A program made the position numbers and the translations under genes. Shown here piece by piece: positions 28,710 to 37,892 of a stretch of 64,000 nt of DNA. The notes beneath the pieces were generated by a model. The model saw only the letters and a list, made by a program, of their open reading frames with translations. It was not told the origin of the DNA and did not search any database. Source of the stretch: Robiginitomaculum sp. (GTDB taxonomy: Bacteria; Pseudomonadota; Alphaproteobacteria; Caulobacterales; Maricaulaceae); assembly GCA_021776635.1 (NCBI GenBank), contig JAJFFN010000038.1, positions 87,990-151,989 on the forward strand, written 5' to 3'. Every line of letters starts with the position of its first letter. Position 1 is the stretch's first letter.

Positions 28710-29441
28710 TTAAAATCCTAAATGTTGACCGCCGTCAACGGCTATCATTTGACCAGTTACAGCGTTGGCTGCCAAAAGATAGCGTACAGCACCTATTATG
28801 GTTTCAGGCGGAGAACCTGCGCCTAAGAGTGTCTGTTTGGCTACACGTCTAAAGTCTGCTTCGCTTTGATAAATGCTTTGCAATGTTGGTCCAGGGCCGA
28901 CAGCATTGACACGAATATTTGGGGCAAAGGCTTGCGCCAATGTTTTGGTTGCAAAAAATAATGCAGACTTAGAAACACCATATGTAAAAAAATCAGGTTT
29001 TGGGGCAAGCACACGTTGGTCAATCATATTTATGATACATCCATTCTCACCTTGTGGCAATTGCTTGGCAAATTGATGTGCCAATCTGAGCGGTGCTTTA
29101 AGATTTACGTCGAGATGGTTTTCAAATTTATCCAGGTTAAAGTCTTTGGCTGTATCAGGAACATAGGTAGATGCATTATTAACAAGGGCAGTGAGCGGAC
29201 TACCAATAGCTTTTGCAGCTTTGTCAATCAGAGTTTCAACATCATTTGCGTTCGTAAGGTCAGATTGCACAAGAGCTGCGTTATTTATTTTTTTGGCCAA
29301 ATCGATAGCTGCGTTTTTTGAACTGTTGTAATGGATAACCACCTGCCATCCATCCGAAGCTAATCCTTCGCTAAGCACACGACCTATTCGTGTGGCGGCA
29401 CCCGTAATTAAAACTGTCTTAAGCATGCTGTCTTGGGTCAT
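28710..29441 (-). CDS. SDR family oxidoreductase (pteridine reductase/FolM-like by context)
   Basis: TGAATRIGR Rossmann motif, NNAS, and YxxxK (YGVSKSAL). It lies 1 nt upstream of folB. The start is uncertain (29441 or 29426). Confidence 0.7.
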   Translation of the reverse strand: MTQDSMLKTVLITGAATRIGRVLSEGLASDGWQVVIHYNSSKNAAIDLAKKINNAALVQSDLTNANDVETLIDKAAKAIGSPLTALVNNASTYVPDTAKDFNLDKFENHLDVNLKAPLRLAHQFAKQLPQGENGCIINMIDQRVLAPKPDFFTYGVSKSALFFATKTLAQAFAPNIRVNAVGPGPTLQSIYQSEADFRRVAKQTLLGAGSPPETIIGAVRYLLAANAVTGQMIAVDGGQHLGF

Positions 29442-29454
29442 AGAGGTGCGTATA

Positions 29455-30438
29455 TCACACACCGGCGCCTGCGCCAACAATATCCCGTGCGATTGCGGCC
29501 ATATATAAGCCGTAGCCAACTAGAAATACCAAACCAGTTTTACGCCCAATGGGAGCACGGCGAAGGACATAAATGGTCAAAGCAATGGTTGCTGCAAGCA
29601 TGACCCAAACATCAAATACCAAAAATTTAGGTGGAATGCTGACAGGGCCAGCGATAGCCGCTGCGCCCATTACAGCAAAAATATTGAAGATGTTAGAGCC
29701 AAGAACATTGCCAATAGCAACTTCGTTATGGCCCCGCCAAGATGCGACCATAACGGTTGCCAATTCCGGTAATGATGTACCAATCGCCACTATGGTTAAG
29801 CCGATAAGCGCTTCACTTACGCCAAAACCTTCGGCGATATAAGTAGCATTTTTGACAATGAGATCACCGCCGAATGCCAAGCCTGCTATACCAAGGACAG
29901 TAAAAAGGATCATGGTGAAATAACTTTTCGGCATGCCCTCCATACTTGCCATTTCTGACATTTCTGCCAAAGCAGGGTCTTTTGCGCCTGAACGTGCCAA
30001 ACTAAACATCCAAAGCAAGTAAAGCACAATGCCGCTAAATAAAAGTGCGCCTTGCCAAAACACCAAAGGTCTATGGAGGAACATCAAAACCATCAGGACA
30101 AGAGTTGCGAGTACGACAACGGCTGAATTGCGCCCGACGCCCGCTACATTGGTAGGCAGAGCCATGATAAGGGCAGGGACACTCAAAACCAATAATATAT
30201 TGGCAATATTAGAGCCAATGACATTACCAATTGCAAGTTCACTGGCACCCGTTAAGACGGATTGTACGCTGACAATCAATTCCGGTGCAGAGGTGCCAAA
30301 TGCAACAATGGTAAGCCCGACGATTAACGAAGGCACTCCCCATTTATGGGCAAGAGCCGCCGCCCCGCGCACCAAAATGTCGCCAGCGATGAGCAGTAGG
30401 ATAACACCAATGCAAAATAAGAGAAAAGCAAGAAGCAC
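29455..30438 (-). CDS. CaCA family sodium/calcium exchanger (YrbG-like)
   Basis: Two alpha-repeats, GTSAPEL and GTSLPEL, and about 10 TM helices. Confidence 0.82.
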   Translation of the reverse strand: MLLAFLLFCIGVILLLIAGDILVRGAAALAHKWGVPSLIVGLTIVAFGTSAPELIVSVQSVLTGASELAIGNVIGSNIANILLVLSVPALIMALPTNVAGVGRNSAVVVLATLVLMVLMFLHRPLVFWQGALLFSGIVLYLLWMFSLARSGAKDPALAEMSEMASMEGMPKSYFTMILFTVLGIAGLAFGGDLIVKNATYIAEGFGVSEALIGLTIVAIGTSLPELATVMVASWRGHNEVAIGNVLGSNIFNIFAVMGAAAIAGPVSIPPKFLVFDVWVMLAATIALTIYVLRRAPIGRKTGLVFLVGYGLYMAAIARDIVGAGAGV

Positions 30439-30451
30439 TTACGTATTATTC

Positions 30452-30592
30452 CTACCAAAATTTCTTAAATTCGAGAAGGTTAAGTCCGCCAAATAATGCG
30501 GCAGCCAAACCAAATATCAGCAAAGCTGGATCTAGGTTAAACAACCCAAAAATACTTACACCGGATTGAATGAGTTCTAGTGAGAAAGCCAT
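30452..30592 (-). CDS. Possible 46-aa small membrane protein
   Basis: Hand translation gives MAFSLELIQSGVSIFGLFNLDPALLIFGLAAALFGGLNLLEFKKFW. It sits immediately upstream of the CaCA gene and has only a weak RBS. Confidence 0.3.
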   Translation of the reverse strand: MAFSLELIQSGVSIFGLFNLDPALLIFGLAAALFGGLNLLEFKKFW

Positions 30593-30714
30593 AACGTGCC
30601 TTTTTTCGTGCGTTTATAAAGATTCTTTCGCTCTATACAGTGTGAATGTGAAAAGGCCAAGGCTTGTTTGTGGATGAATTTAAAGTTACATTCAAATTTA
30701 TCAAGGAGGACAAT

Positions 30715-31077
30715 ATGGCTAAAATATTAGGGGTCGGCGGGGTGTTCGTCAAATGTGATGATACGAAAGCATATAAAGAATGGTGGAAAACCCATATGGG
30801 TGTTGAGCCGTCAGAATGGGGTTCCATGGAATGGAAAAATGACGGAAAGGCATTCACATTGCTCAGCGCCTTCAAAGCGGACACAGATTATTTTGCACCG
30901 ACGGACAATATGTTCATGATAAATCTGCGGGTAGATGATGTCCCCGCCATGATTGAAAAGGCCAGGGCAGGCGGCGCAACAATCGTCGGTGAGGTTTCTG
31001 ATGAAGGATATGGGGTATTTGGTTGGTTTATTGATCCAATTGGGATAAAGATAGAGTTATGGCAGGATAATTCCTGA
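30715..31077 (+). CDS. VOC (glyoxalase/bleomycin-resistance fold) family protein
   Basis: The ATG at 30715 is preceded by AAGGAGG. The size and the GVGGVFV... / GWFIDPIGIKIELW pattern fit a VOC protein. Confidence 0.65.
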   Translation: MAKILGVGGVFVKCDDTKAYKEWWKTHMGVEPSEWGSMEWKNDGKAFTLLSAFKADTDYFAPTDNMFMINLRVDDVPAMIEKARAGGATIVGEVSDEGYGVFGWFIDPIGIKIELWQDNS

Positions 31078-31101
31078 TTCTAACACAAAACGGAGAATAT
31101 T

Positions 31102-31557
31102 ATGTTTGGAGCAATTTCATTTGCAAAAGTTGCGGGGCGCAAACTATCGGGCATGTTTAAAGGGAAAAAGGACAAGGAAGTTCTTGAAAAAGAAGTCAGT
31201 GATATGGGCCTCGATTCAGACGGTGTAGATATTAACGTCGATGACAATGGAAAAGTTACAATTTCTGGCAATGCGGTGTCTCAAGAGATGAAAGAAAAAA
31301 TTATTCTTGCAGTTGGAAATGTAAAAGGTGTAAGCGCAGTTCACGACGAAGCGAATGCAGCAGATGGCGGCGCGGCATCACAATTCCATGAAGTTGTAAG
31401 TGGCGATACGTTATGGGCAGTTTCCAAAAAATATTACGGCAAAGGTAGTCGTTATATGGAAATTTTTAAAGCCAATGAGCCGATGCTTTCGCATCCAGAT
31501 AAAATTTATGTCGGGCAAATGCTCCGTATTCCAGCAGATGCGGATGCTAGCGCATAA
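31102..31557 (+). CDS. BON-domain plus LysM peptidoglycan-binding protein (YgaU-like)
   Basis: C-terminal LysM HEVVSGDTLWAVSKKYYGKGSRYMEIFKAN...IYVGQMLRIP. The central region is BON-like. Confidence 0.75.
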   Translation: MFGAISFAKVAGRKLSGMFKGKKDKEVLEKEVSDMGLDSDGVDINVDDNGKVTISGNAVSQEMKEKIILAVGNVKGVSAVHDEANAADGGAASQFHEVVSGDTLWAVSKKYYGKGSRYMEIFKANEPMLSHPDKIYVGQMLRIPADADASA

Positions 31558-31580
31558 ATTTACCTCATAAAGTAATACAA

Positions 31581-31680
31581 GACAGGTAAAAAAAGCCAGG
31601 CTAAAAAAAGCCAGGCTAAAAAAAAGACAGGCTAAAAAAAGACAGGCTAAAAAAAAGACAGGCTAAAAAAAAAGACAGGG
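31581..31680. repeat. Tandem array, 6.5 copies of a 14-17 bp unit G(A/C)CAGG(C)T-A7-9
   Basis: Units start at 31581, 31595, 31610, 31626, 31641, 31657 and 31674. The A-run lengths are 7, 7, 8, 7, 8 and 9. Confidence 0.9.
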
Positions 31681-31725
31681 TGGAGAAGACCGTGAGAGAG
31701 AGAAAATCGGTCTTCATCCGCCCTG
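31665..31725 (-). terminator. Candidate rho-independent terminator (minus strand)
   Basis: An interrupted 15-bp hairpin pairs 31676-31692 with 31708-31725 (perfect 8-bp core GAAGACCG/CGGTCTTC, 15-nt loop). On the minus strand it is followed by a T9 run, which is the complement of the last repeat's A-tract. Confidence 0.45.
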
Positions 31726-31905
31726 CTACGTGAACTGCCGGACTGCTTTTTTTGCGGCCAAATCGTCAAGGGGAAGACAAGGCAGCTGGGACACACGCAA
31801 TTTCTTTATAGGATACAGGATTGAATGCTAGCTGAACGGTTTTGCCTTATTTCCGCCACAATTGCGCAGTCGTTTATCTGATGTTCATAAAACTGATGAA
31901 ATTCA

Positions 31906-31929
31906 GTATTTAATAGTTCCTGACCCTAG
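31906..31929. repeat. Solo copy of the MITE right-end repeat
   Basis: GTATTTAATAGTTCCTGACCCTAG matches 22085-22108 at about 20 of 24 positions. Confidence 0.5.
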
Positions 31930-31988
31930 TTTGCTCAGTGAGCTTAGTTTTTTTTGGGGTGTATGCCCTGATAGCTTACTAAAGAAAC

Positions 31989-32567
31989 TTAGCGGTTTTC
32001 TAGCCGCTCTATATTGCCGCTCTCTACATGCTGCTTAACCATGTAATAGATGCTTCCATCATCAAAGACGGGACTATCGCCGTAAGCCGCAGTCAATTTG
32101 CAAGCCAAGTCTTTTCGGTTGGCTTCGTTTTGCACCACTGTGCTATCCATGGGCCTTAAGTTGGTTTCATATGTATCCATCTGGTGCAATAATTCGTTCA
32201 AACACATGTTAAGGACACGCATGCTTTCAGTTTGATCGTCACCGCCTTCTATCAATTCTAGCGGAGCCTCATCACCGCCCGCACAGTATTGCCGCAGATT
32301 GTTTCCCCATTCCATTAAACAGGCAGAGGTAGGTATGAAAGGTGTAACGCCGGGAGGGGTCTGGTCTAAATCAGTAGGGTCATATTCTGGTTCGGTCGGA
32401 ATTTTCACAACAACTTTTTCTTGCTCCGAAATGGTTTGCTGCAAGATCAAATCACGAAGTGTATCGGTTTCTCTCTTGGCGCGTTCAGCTTTTTGGTAGC
32501 CCGTCCAGACAATAAACATGAGAGCTATACCGCCAACAATTAAGATTATAGGAAATATTTTTTTCAT
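31989..32567 (-). CDS. Hypothetical N-terminally anchored protein
   Basis: A single N-terminal TM helix (IFPIILIVGGIALMFIVW). No recognisable domain. Confidence 0.5.
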   Translation of the reverse strand: MKKIFPIILIVGGIALMFIVWTGYQKAERAKRETDTLRDLILQQTISEQEKVVVKIPTEPEYDPTDLDQTPPGVTPFIPTSACLMEWGNNLRQYCAGGDEAPLELIEGGDDQTESMRVLNMCLNELLHQMDTYETNLRPMDSTVVQNEANRKDLACKLTAAYGDSPVFDDGSIYYMVKQHVESGNIERLENR

Positions 32568-32578
32568 AATTTTACTAA

Positions 32579-34507
32579 CTATTGTTCAACTTTCGCTTCA
32601 GCCTTGGTAAATATTGCATCAATTCTACGCTGGGCGATTGGGTGATAGCCTGGCCGTGCTTTGACATAAACTTCTTTTGCCCAAGTGCGCGCGTCCTCAT
32701 TTAGGCCAGCCAAGGCACCGTACAGACGATAGATAAATTTTCCGCGCCCAACGGTCATCAGAAAGCTTTCCAACTCTTTGTCGACTTTGCTGTAATTGCC
32801 CTGAATGGCTTGCATATACCACGCGAAGGCAATTTCGGCGTTTTGATGACCGTTAAAATTGAAGTCCTCGTTCATTTTCTTTAACTGTTCTTTGCTTAGA
32901 GTTTCAGAAAAATTGTTCAAGAAATGTAACCATTCATGGGTTGACCACGAGGATGTGTCACCGACGGTGCCGTCGTCCAGCCAAGCCGTGCGCGCCGCAT
33001 CCACTTTGGTGAATGCGTCTGATATAGGCGTGATAAATGTGTCAGGTAAACCGGGACCGTAAACCCAGGCTTTGAGTTCTTCGGAAGTCAAAGCGTCAGG
33101 GTTTTTCACATGCAGTTCGTCGTGCAGATATTTAATAAAATCTTCGGTTGTCACACTTTGGAAAGCGAAATGGTTGAAATAGTTTTTCAAGAATGGATCA
33201 AAATTATCACGGCCAAATCTTTGCTCAAGGAACTGCAAGAAAAATTGTCCTTTGACATATGCGACATTGGTAAATGCATCATCTGGATGCGCTAAATCTG
33301 TAGGAAGCTTAAGATGTGTCAGTTCTGGTCTGCTGGCATTTTCAATTGACCGTTTGACATCTTCAAGTCCTAATACCTGTTCCATGACTGCACGTTCGAC
33401 GCCGTACAAATCCTCCATAACGCGGTTTTCTACATAAGACGTAAACCCCTCATTCAGCCAAGCATCACGCCAGCTGGAATTTGTTACGAGATTACCAGAC
33501 CAAGAATGCGCAAGCTCGTGGGCGACAACATTGGTCAGGCTCTTATCGCCGGCAATCAGGGTAGGGGTCATGAACGATAATCTTGGGTTCTCCATGCCGC
33601 CAAATGGAAAGCTGGGCGGCAATACTATGAGGTCGTAACGGCCCCAGCGATATGGCCCGTATAACTTCGCGTTGGATGCTTCCATCAATGGAGTTTCAGA
33701 AAATTCATCAGCGGACGCATCCAAAATATATTGTTCTGCATAAACCCCAATATGGTCGTTAATGGCTTTGAATTTTATGTCGCCAACCGCAATGGCCAGC
33801 AAATATGACGGGATTGGTTGTGGCATTTTGAAATGGTATTCACCGTTTTTGTCTTTTTTGCTTTGCTCTGCGCTCATCAGTGGTAGCAAGCCGTCGGGAA
33901 CGCGCAGCGTCGCATCATATGTTATACGCACGGCAGGTGTATCTTGCACAGGTGTCATAGTGCGGGCGTTCAGGGCTTGGGCTTGTGAGAATAGATAAGG
34001 TTTTTCTTTGCCTGCGGTTTGCTCAGGCGATAACCACTGCAACCCTTCAGCTGTTGGGCTTGTCTTATAATCAATACGGACTTTATTCATACCTTTGGAA
34101 AAAGGAATTTCTAGGCGTGTGCCCAATATTTCGTCTTCATCACTGAGTGTGTAGTCCATAGCACTCCATTCGCCGGAGCTCGCCAGACCTTGCACAGAAC
34201 GGATGGTTAAATCTTTGGTGTCGAGATGTAGAGTGTGCGCGTTGTCATCTATGATTTTAAAGTCAATCGTCGCTGTTCCGTCCAAAACTTTATCTTCGAA
34301 ATTTACATCAAGGTTTAACGACAAATGGGTCATACGCACTTTGTCATAATTAGCATATGTGAATTTATCATCTTTGACGATTTTAACAATTGGTGCTTGT
34401 TCGGTTGTTTTTTCCAACGGTTTGGTTGTATCTGCTGAGCAGGCGTTCAGACCAAGTGCAAGAATAAAAGGACTTGTGATGAGTGCAGTAGAGCGAAACA
34501 GGCGCAT
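32579..34507 (-). CDS. M1 family metallopeptidase (leukotriene A4 hydrolase/aminopeptidase-like), lipoprotein
   Basis: HELAHSWSGNLV plus WLNEGFT zinc motifs and a GGMEN exopeptidase motif. Lipobox LGLNAC. The ATG at 34507 has a GGAG RBS. Confidence 0.88.
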   Translation of the reverse strand: MRLFRSTALITSPFILALGLNACSADTTKPLEKTTEQAPIVKIVKDDKFTYANYDKVRMTHLSLNLDVNFEDKVLDGTATIDFKIIDDNAHTLHLDTKDLTIRSVQGLASSGEWSAMDYTLSDEDEILGTRLEIPFSKGMNKVRIDYKTSPTAEGLQWLSPEQTAGKEKPYLFSQAQALNARTMTPVQDTPAVRITYDATLRVPDGLLPLMSAEQSKKDKNGEYHFKMPQPIPSYLLAIAVGDIKFKAINDHIGVYAEQYILDASADEFSETPLMEASNAKLYGPYRWGRYDLIVLPPSFPFGGMENPRLSFMTPTLIAGDKSLTNVVAHELAHSWSGNLVTNSSWRDAWLNEGFTSYVENRVMEDLYGVERAVMEQVLGLEDVKRSIENASRPELTHLKLPTDLAHPDDAFTNVAYVKGQFFLQFLEQRFGRDNFDPFLKNYFNHFAFQSVTTEDFIKYLHDELHVKNPDALTSEELKAWVYGPGLPDTFITPISDAFTKVDAARTAWLDDGTVGDTSSWSTHEWLHFLNNFSETLSKEQLKKMNEDFNFNGHQNAEIAFAWYMQAIQGNYSKVDKELESFLMTVGRGKFIYRLYGALAGLNEDARTWAKEVYVKARPGYHPIAQRRIDAIFTKAEAKVEQ

Positions 34508-34891
34508 ATAAATCTCCAAATTTTTTTTCGGACACTAGACGGCAAATTCTGTTGCGTAAAGGCCTGTAGTTATAAAGCTTTGCCAAATAAGCAAGGCAGT
34601 AAAGGCGCCCCTAATTTTAATGCCAGCCGTGAAATCTGCTGGGAACTCTGCCGGGAACATGCATATTATTACAAATTGATTGTTATGTATTGGACGGTCT
34701 CTTATAGGATGTGGAAAACCATACTTGGTTTACAAAATAAGGATGATGCGCATTAACTTTGGGGTCCGATGTTACAGGGAATACGAGGCAAAAATGTACG
34801 CATTTTGTAAATTATATTGTAAAGGCAGTGATGATCCTGCTTGAGTTTGCGTACTCTAGGATTCGTATGCGCCAAGCTTTCTTATATTTTA

Positions 34892-35539
34892 TTAGGCCGT
34901 ACTCGCGAAAGGCTCTTTGGTTAGTGCGTTTATGAGCGCATCTACTTTTTGTGTTAAGTTACTGATATTAAAAGTTAAAATATCAGACACAACCGTGCCA
35001 TATACTTTGCCTGTATATGTGTTGACGAGTAAGGCCTTAATTTCACCGCGCGGGGATATTGTGTGCTTGTCTACTGTAAAGCCAGTTTCAGCCATAGCTT
35101 GACCGGCAAAACTACCCCATTGGGCATCGCCGCCCATGCCGTATATTAAGACATAATCCATATTTAAATCGGATGCTGTTATGCGGATTTCATCAAGCTT
35201 GTTTTCACTTTCACGCTCAATTTTTGGCCCCATTGGCACATTTTTAAACAATGCTACCGGACTAATAGGTGCGAATGTGGTATCAGATAGCTTATCAAGT
35301 GCGGCCCAATTACGTAATTCAGCCATTGGTGCGGAGATCAAACGTCCATTCTCAATGCGTGCTATGCCAATTTTACTGCTCATTTGAATAGTTGGCTGTG
35401 GGTCTGATTTTTCCTTGAACGGGACTGTAAGAGATACTTCCTTTAGGACTGTGTTGGTTTGTTGTTGCGCCTCCTGCGCATTGGAATTAGCTGCAAAGAC
35501 TAAAGCCGATAATGCTGTGGCGATTAATAATTTCATCAT
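34892..35539 (-). CDS. Hypothetical secreted protein
   Basis: Signal peptide MMKLLIATALSALVFAANSNA. No recognisable motif. Confidence 0.5.
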   Translation of the reverse strand: MMKLLIATALSALVFAANSNAQEAQQQTNTVLKEVSLTVPFKEKSDPQPTIQMSSKIGIARIENGRLISAPMAELRNWAALDKLSDTTFAPISPVALFKNVPMGPKIERESENKLDEIRITASDLNMDYVLIYGMGGDAQWGSFAGQAMAETGFTVDKHTISPRGEIKALLVNTYTGKVYGTVVSDILTFNISNLTQKVDALINALTKEPFASTA

Positions 35540-35848
35540 GGGTTTACCTTCCGTATGTGTTACCGTATTGATTGTATGGAAGTGTATTGAGGCGCGGGTT
35601 TGCCAAAACTGTGCTCATTTGATGATTTTTTTGCCCAACAATGGCAATCTTTTGCGCAAATAAGGCGGTAATACGAAATAAGGCAAGCACTATGGTGAAT
35701 TTTGTGGTATTGCCGTCAACTTAACGTCCGGCTCACATTCAAGTGACCGTTAGAGAGCACATCGTCACCCTATGTGATGAAAAGCTTTGTTAACAAGCTA
35801 GCAAGGCGAATGTTCGCTTTTAAATATTATTATAAATGGAGTTAAATT

Positions 35849-36211
35849 ATGTCTTCCCCCCAAAATTTTACTAAAGCCCTGACTGTCGGTACATTATTGG
35901 CCGCATCTCTTGGCGTAGCTGCTACAGCCAAACCCAATTCACAAATCAGAATTGCTTCGTCGGCACCTGCTGGCGTTCAGCAAGCCTTTAATGGTTGGAT
36001 GGCCGGTGGTCGTCTCAAAGGCAGAACAAGCAAAGAAAAATGTTTTGGTGTTGCATTGACAGGTGAAAATGATTGCAAAGCCGGCGCAGGCACCTCTTGC
36101 CAAGGCTCTTCTACATCTGATTTTCAGTCCAATGCTTGGACTTATGTTCCAAAAGGTAGTTGTGCACTAATTATTACGCCAAGAGGCAACGGTTCTCTCT
36201 CTGCTCGCTAG
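35849..36211 (+). CDS. DUF2282-type secreted Cys-rich peptide (candidate RiPP precursor, BufA-like)
   Basis: Sec signal peptide ending AATA. The core [24 protein letters not shown]...KGSCALI has Cys65, Cys76, Cys84 and Cys105. A GGAG RBS lies 7 nt upstream. Confidence 0.75.
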   Translation: MSSPQNFTKALTVGTLLAASLGVAATAKPNSQIRIASSAPAGVQQAFNGWMAGGRLKGRTSKEKCFGVALTGENDCKAGAGTSCQGSSTSDFQSNAWTYVPKGSCALIITPRGNGSLSAR

Positions 36212-36246
36212 TCGGCATAAAAACATTTAAAGTTTAGACGATAAAA

Positions 36247-37092
36247 ATGACTAAACTACCAAATATGGCCGGAATGGGTCTGAAGCCGGAATTTTTCCGC
36301 GAAGCTTTAGAACATCCCGGCCAAAATATGTGGTACGAAGTTCACCCTGAAAATTACATGGTGGACGGCGGGCCAAGATTGGCTTGGCTTGAGGCTATTG
36401 CCGACAAATTCCCCTTGAGCTTACACGGGGTCGGGGCGTCTCTCGGCGGGCTTGACCCATTCGATAAGACGCATCTAAAGTCACTGCGTAAATTAATAGA
36501 GCGTTTTAACCCAGCGCAGGTGTCTGAACACGCTACATGGTCTAGTTTTGAGGGTCAATATTTTGCTGACCTCCTACCGATGCCGCGAACCAAAGCGGCG
36601 CAAGATAATATGGTTGACCGAATTGACGAGTTTCAGTCGTCCATAGGACGGCGTATTTTAATAGAAAACCCGACCAATTATATGGCGACCAATTCCGAAT
36701 TAGACGAGCCTGATTTTCTGGTGGAAATCGCGAGGCGGGCAGGGTGCGGATTGTTGCTTGATGTCAACAATGTTTATATTAGCGCCGTCAATGTTGGCAT
36801 AGATGCAAGCGCCTACATACATGCTTTACCGACAGACTTAATCGGAGAAATCCACATTGCAGGTTTTGACGAAGATCCAAAGTACGGCAAAAAATTACTC
36901 ATAGATGCCCACTCGTCGCCTGTTTCTGAGCCCGTATGGGACCTGTTGGATACGGCTTTGGCACATATTGGCCCTGTGCCCGTATTGCTAGAGAGAGACG
37001 GGAATATTCCCGAATTTTCAGAGCTGTTAAAAGAACACGGTCGCGCGGGAGCCGCATTAGATGCGCAGCTTGTTACAGAGGTGGCGGTATGA
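36247..37092 (+). CDS. DUF692/UPF0276 family enzyme (MbnB-like multinuclear non-heme iron oxidase)
   Basis: GLKPEFF...YEVHPENYM...LSLHGVGASLGG...SEH...DLLPMP...IENP...LLDVNN...EIHIAG is the characteristic DUF692 TIM-barrel pattern. Confidence 0.82.
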   Translation: MTKLPNMAGMGLKPEFFREALEHPGQNMWYEVHPENYMVDGGPRLAWLEAIADKFPLSLHGVGASLGGLDPFDKTHLKSLRKLIERFNPAQVSEHATWSSFEGQYFADLLPMPRTKAAQDNMVDRIDEFQSSIGRRILIENPTNYMATNSELDEPDFLVEIARRAGCGLLLDVNNVYISAVNVGIDASAYIHALPTDLIGEIHIAGFDEDPKYGKKLLIDAHSSPVSEPVWDLLDTALAHIGPVPVLLERDGNIPEFSELLKEHGRAGAALDAQLVTEVAV

Positions 37093-37892
37093 AAAACTAT
37101 ATGCAAACCATGGCGGGCGTGCTGAGCGGCACCCACTCAACCAGTCCAGTAGATTTAAAGTATTTTGATGCGAAATATGTCAGCGTCTACCGTAATAACT
37201 CAGTCACAGCCCATATAGACGTACTTAAGGCAAATTATAAATCTGTTTTAGAACTTGTCGGCGATGAATTTTTTGCAGGTATATGCCTAGAATACATTAA
37301 AAACTACCCCGCCCGCCAGCGTAGTCTGGTTGGTTACGGAGAGCATTTTACTACGTTTACTGAAGATAATTTAGAGCGGCATAAACTCCCGTATCTAGCA
37401 AGTTTCGCGTGTTTAGACCGTGCTTGGACATTAGCGCATATCGCTAAAGATGCCGAGGCGCTGCACATGTCAGTCCTGGAAAATATTATCCAACTTGGTG
37501 GTGATTTGGAGAAGTTTGAAATGACCCTCAAGCCAGATGTGTTTTTGGTGCGTAATATGTGGGCGGTGTTTTCAATCTGGGCGGCGCTTCGTGAAGATAA
37601 AAAGCTTACGAAAGCCGTTGAACTGGATGAACAACATGAAAATGTGTTGGTATGGCGCTACGGACTAGACGTAAGATATAGAGATTTGAACGATGCAGAA
37701 TTTGCATTTTTAAATACGATTAAAGAAGGTGGAAACCTCGGTTTGGCGACCGTGAAGGCACTGGCAGTTGAGCCATCCACTGATGTCGGGCAATTATTAA
37801 GCGGCATGGTTGCTGCAGAACTTTTTAAAGCGAACAAAAATACTAAAAAAATTGATGACAAGAAACTTACAAATGGAGGCGCATATGCGTAA
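37089..37892 (+). CDS. DUF2063 family protein (MbnC-like partner of DUF692)
   Basis: The ATG at 37089 overlaps the DUF692 stop (ATGA). The N-terminal VYRNN...L...Y.....VG..FF pattern is typical of DUF2063. Confidence 0.7.
   Translation: MKNYMQTMAGVLSGTHSTSPVDLKYFDAKYVSVYRNNSVTAHIDVLKANYKSVLELVGDEFFAGICLEYIKNYPARQRSLVGYGEHFTTFTEDNLERHKLPYLASFACLDRAWTLAHIAKDAEALHMSVLENIIQLGGDLEKFEMTLKPDVFLVRNMWAVFSIWAALREDKKLTKAVELDEQHENVLVWRYGLDVRYRDLNDAEFAFLNTIKEGGNLGLATVKALAVEPSTDVGQLLSGMVAAELFKANKNTKKIDDKKLTNGGAYA

Noticed and set aside
31581-31680. Possible CRISPR array
   Set aside because: The units are contiguous 14-17 bp repeats with no unique spacers. There are no cas genes in the window.
36936-37088. 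Upstream extension of the DUF2063 ORF (track start 36936)
   Set aside because: It overlaps the 3' end of the DUF692 gene in another frame. The ATG at 37089 gives the usual ATGA coupling and a typical DUF2063 N-terminus.
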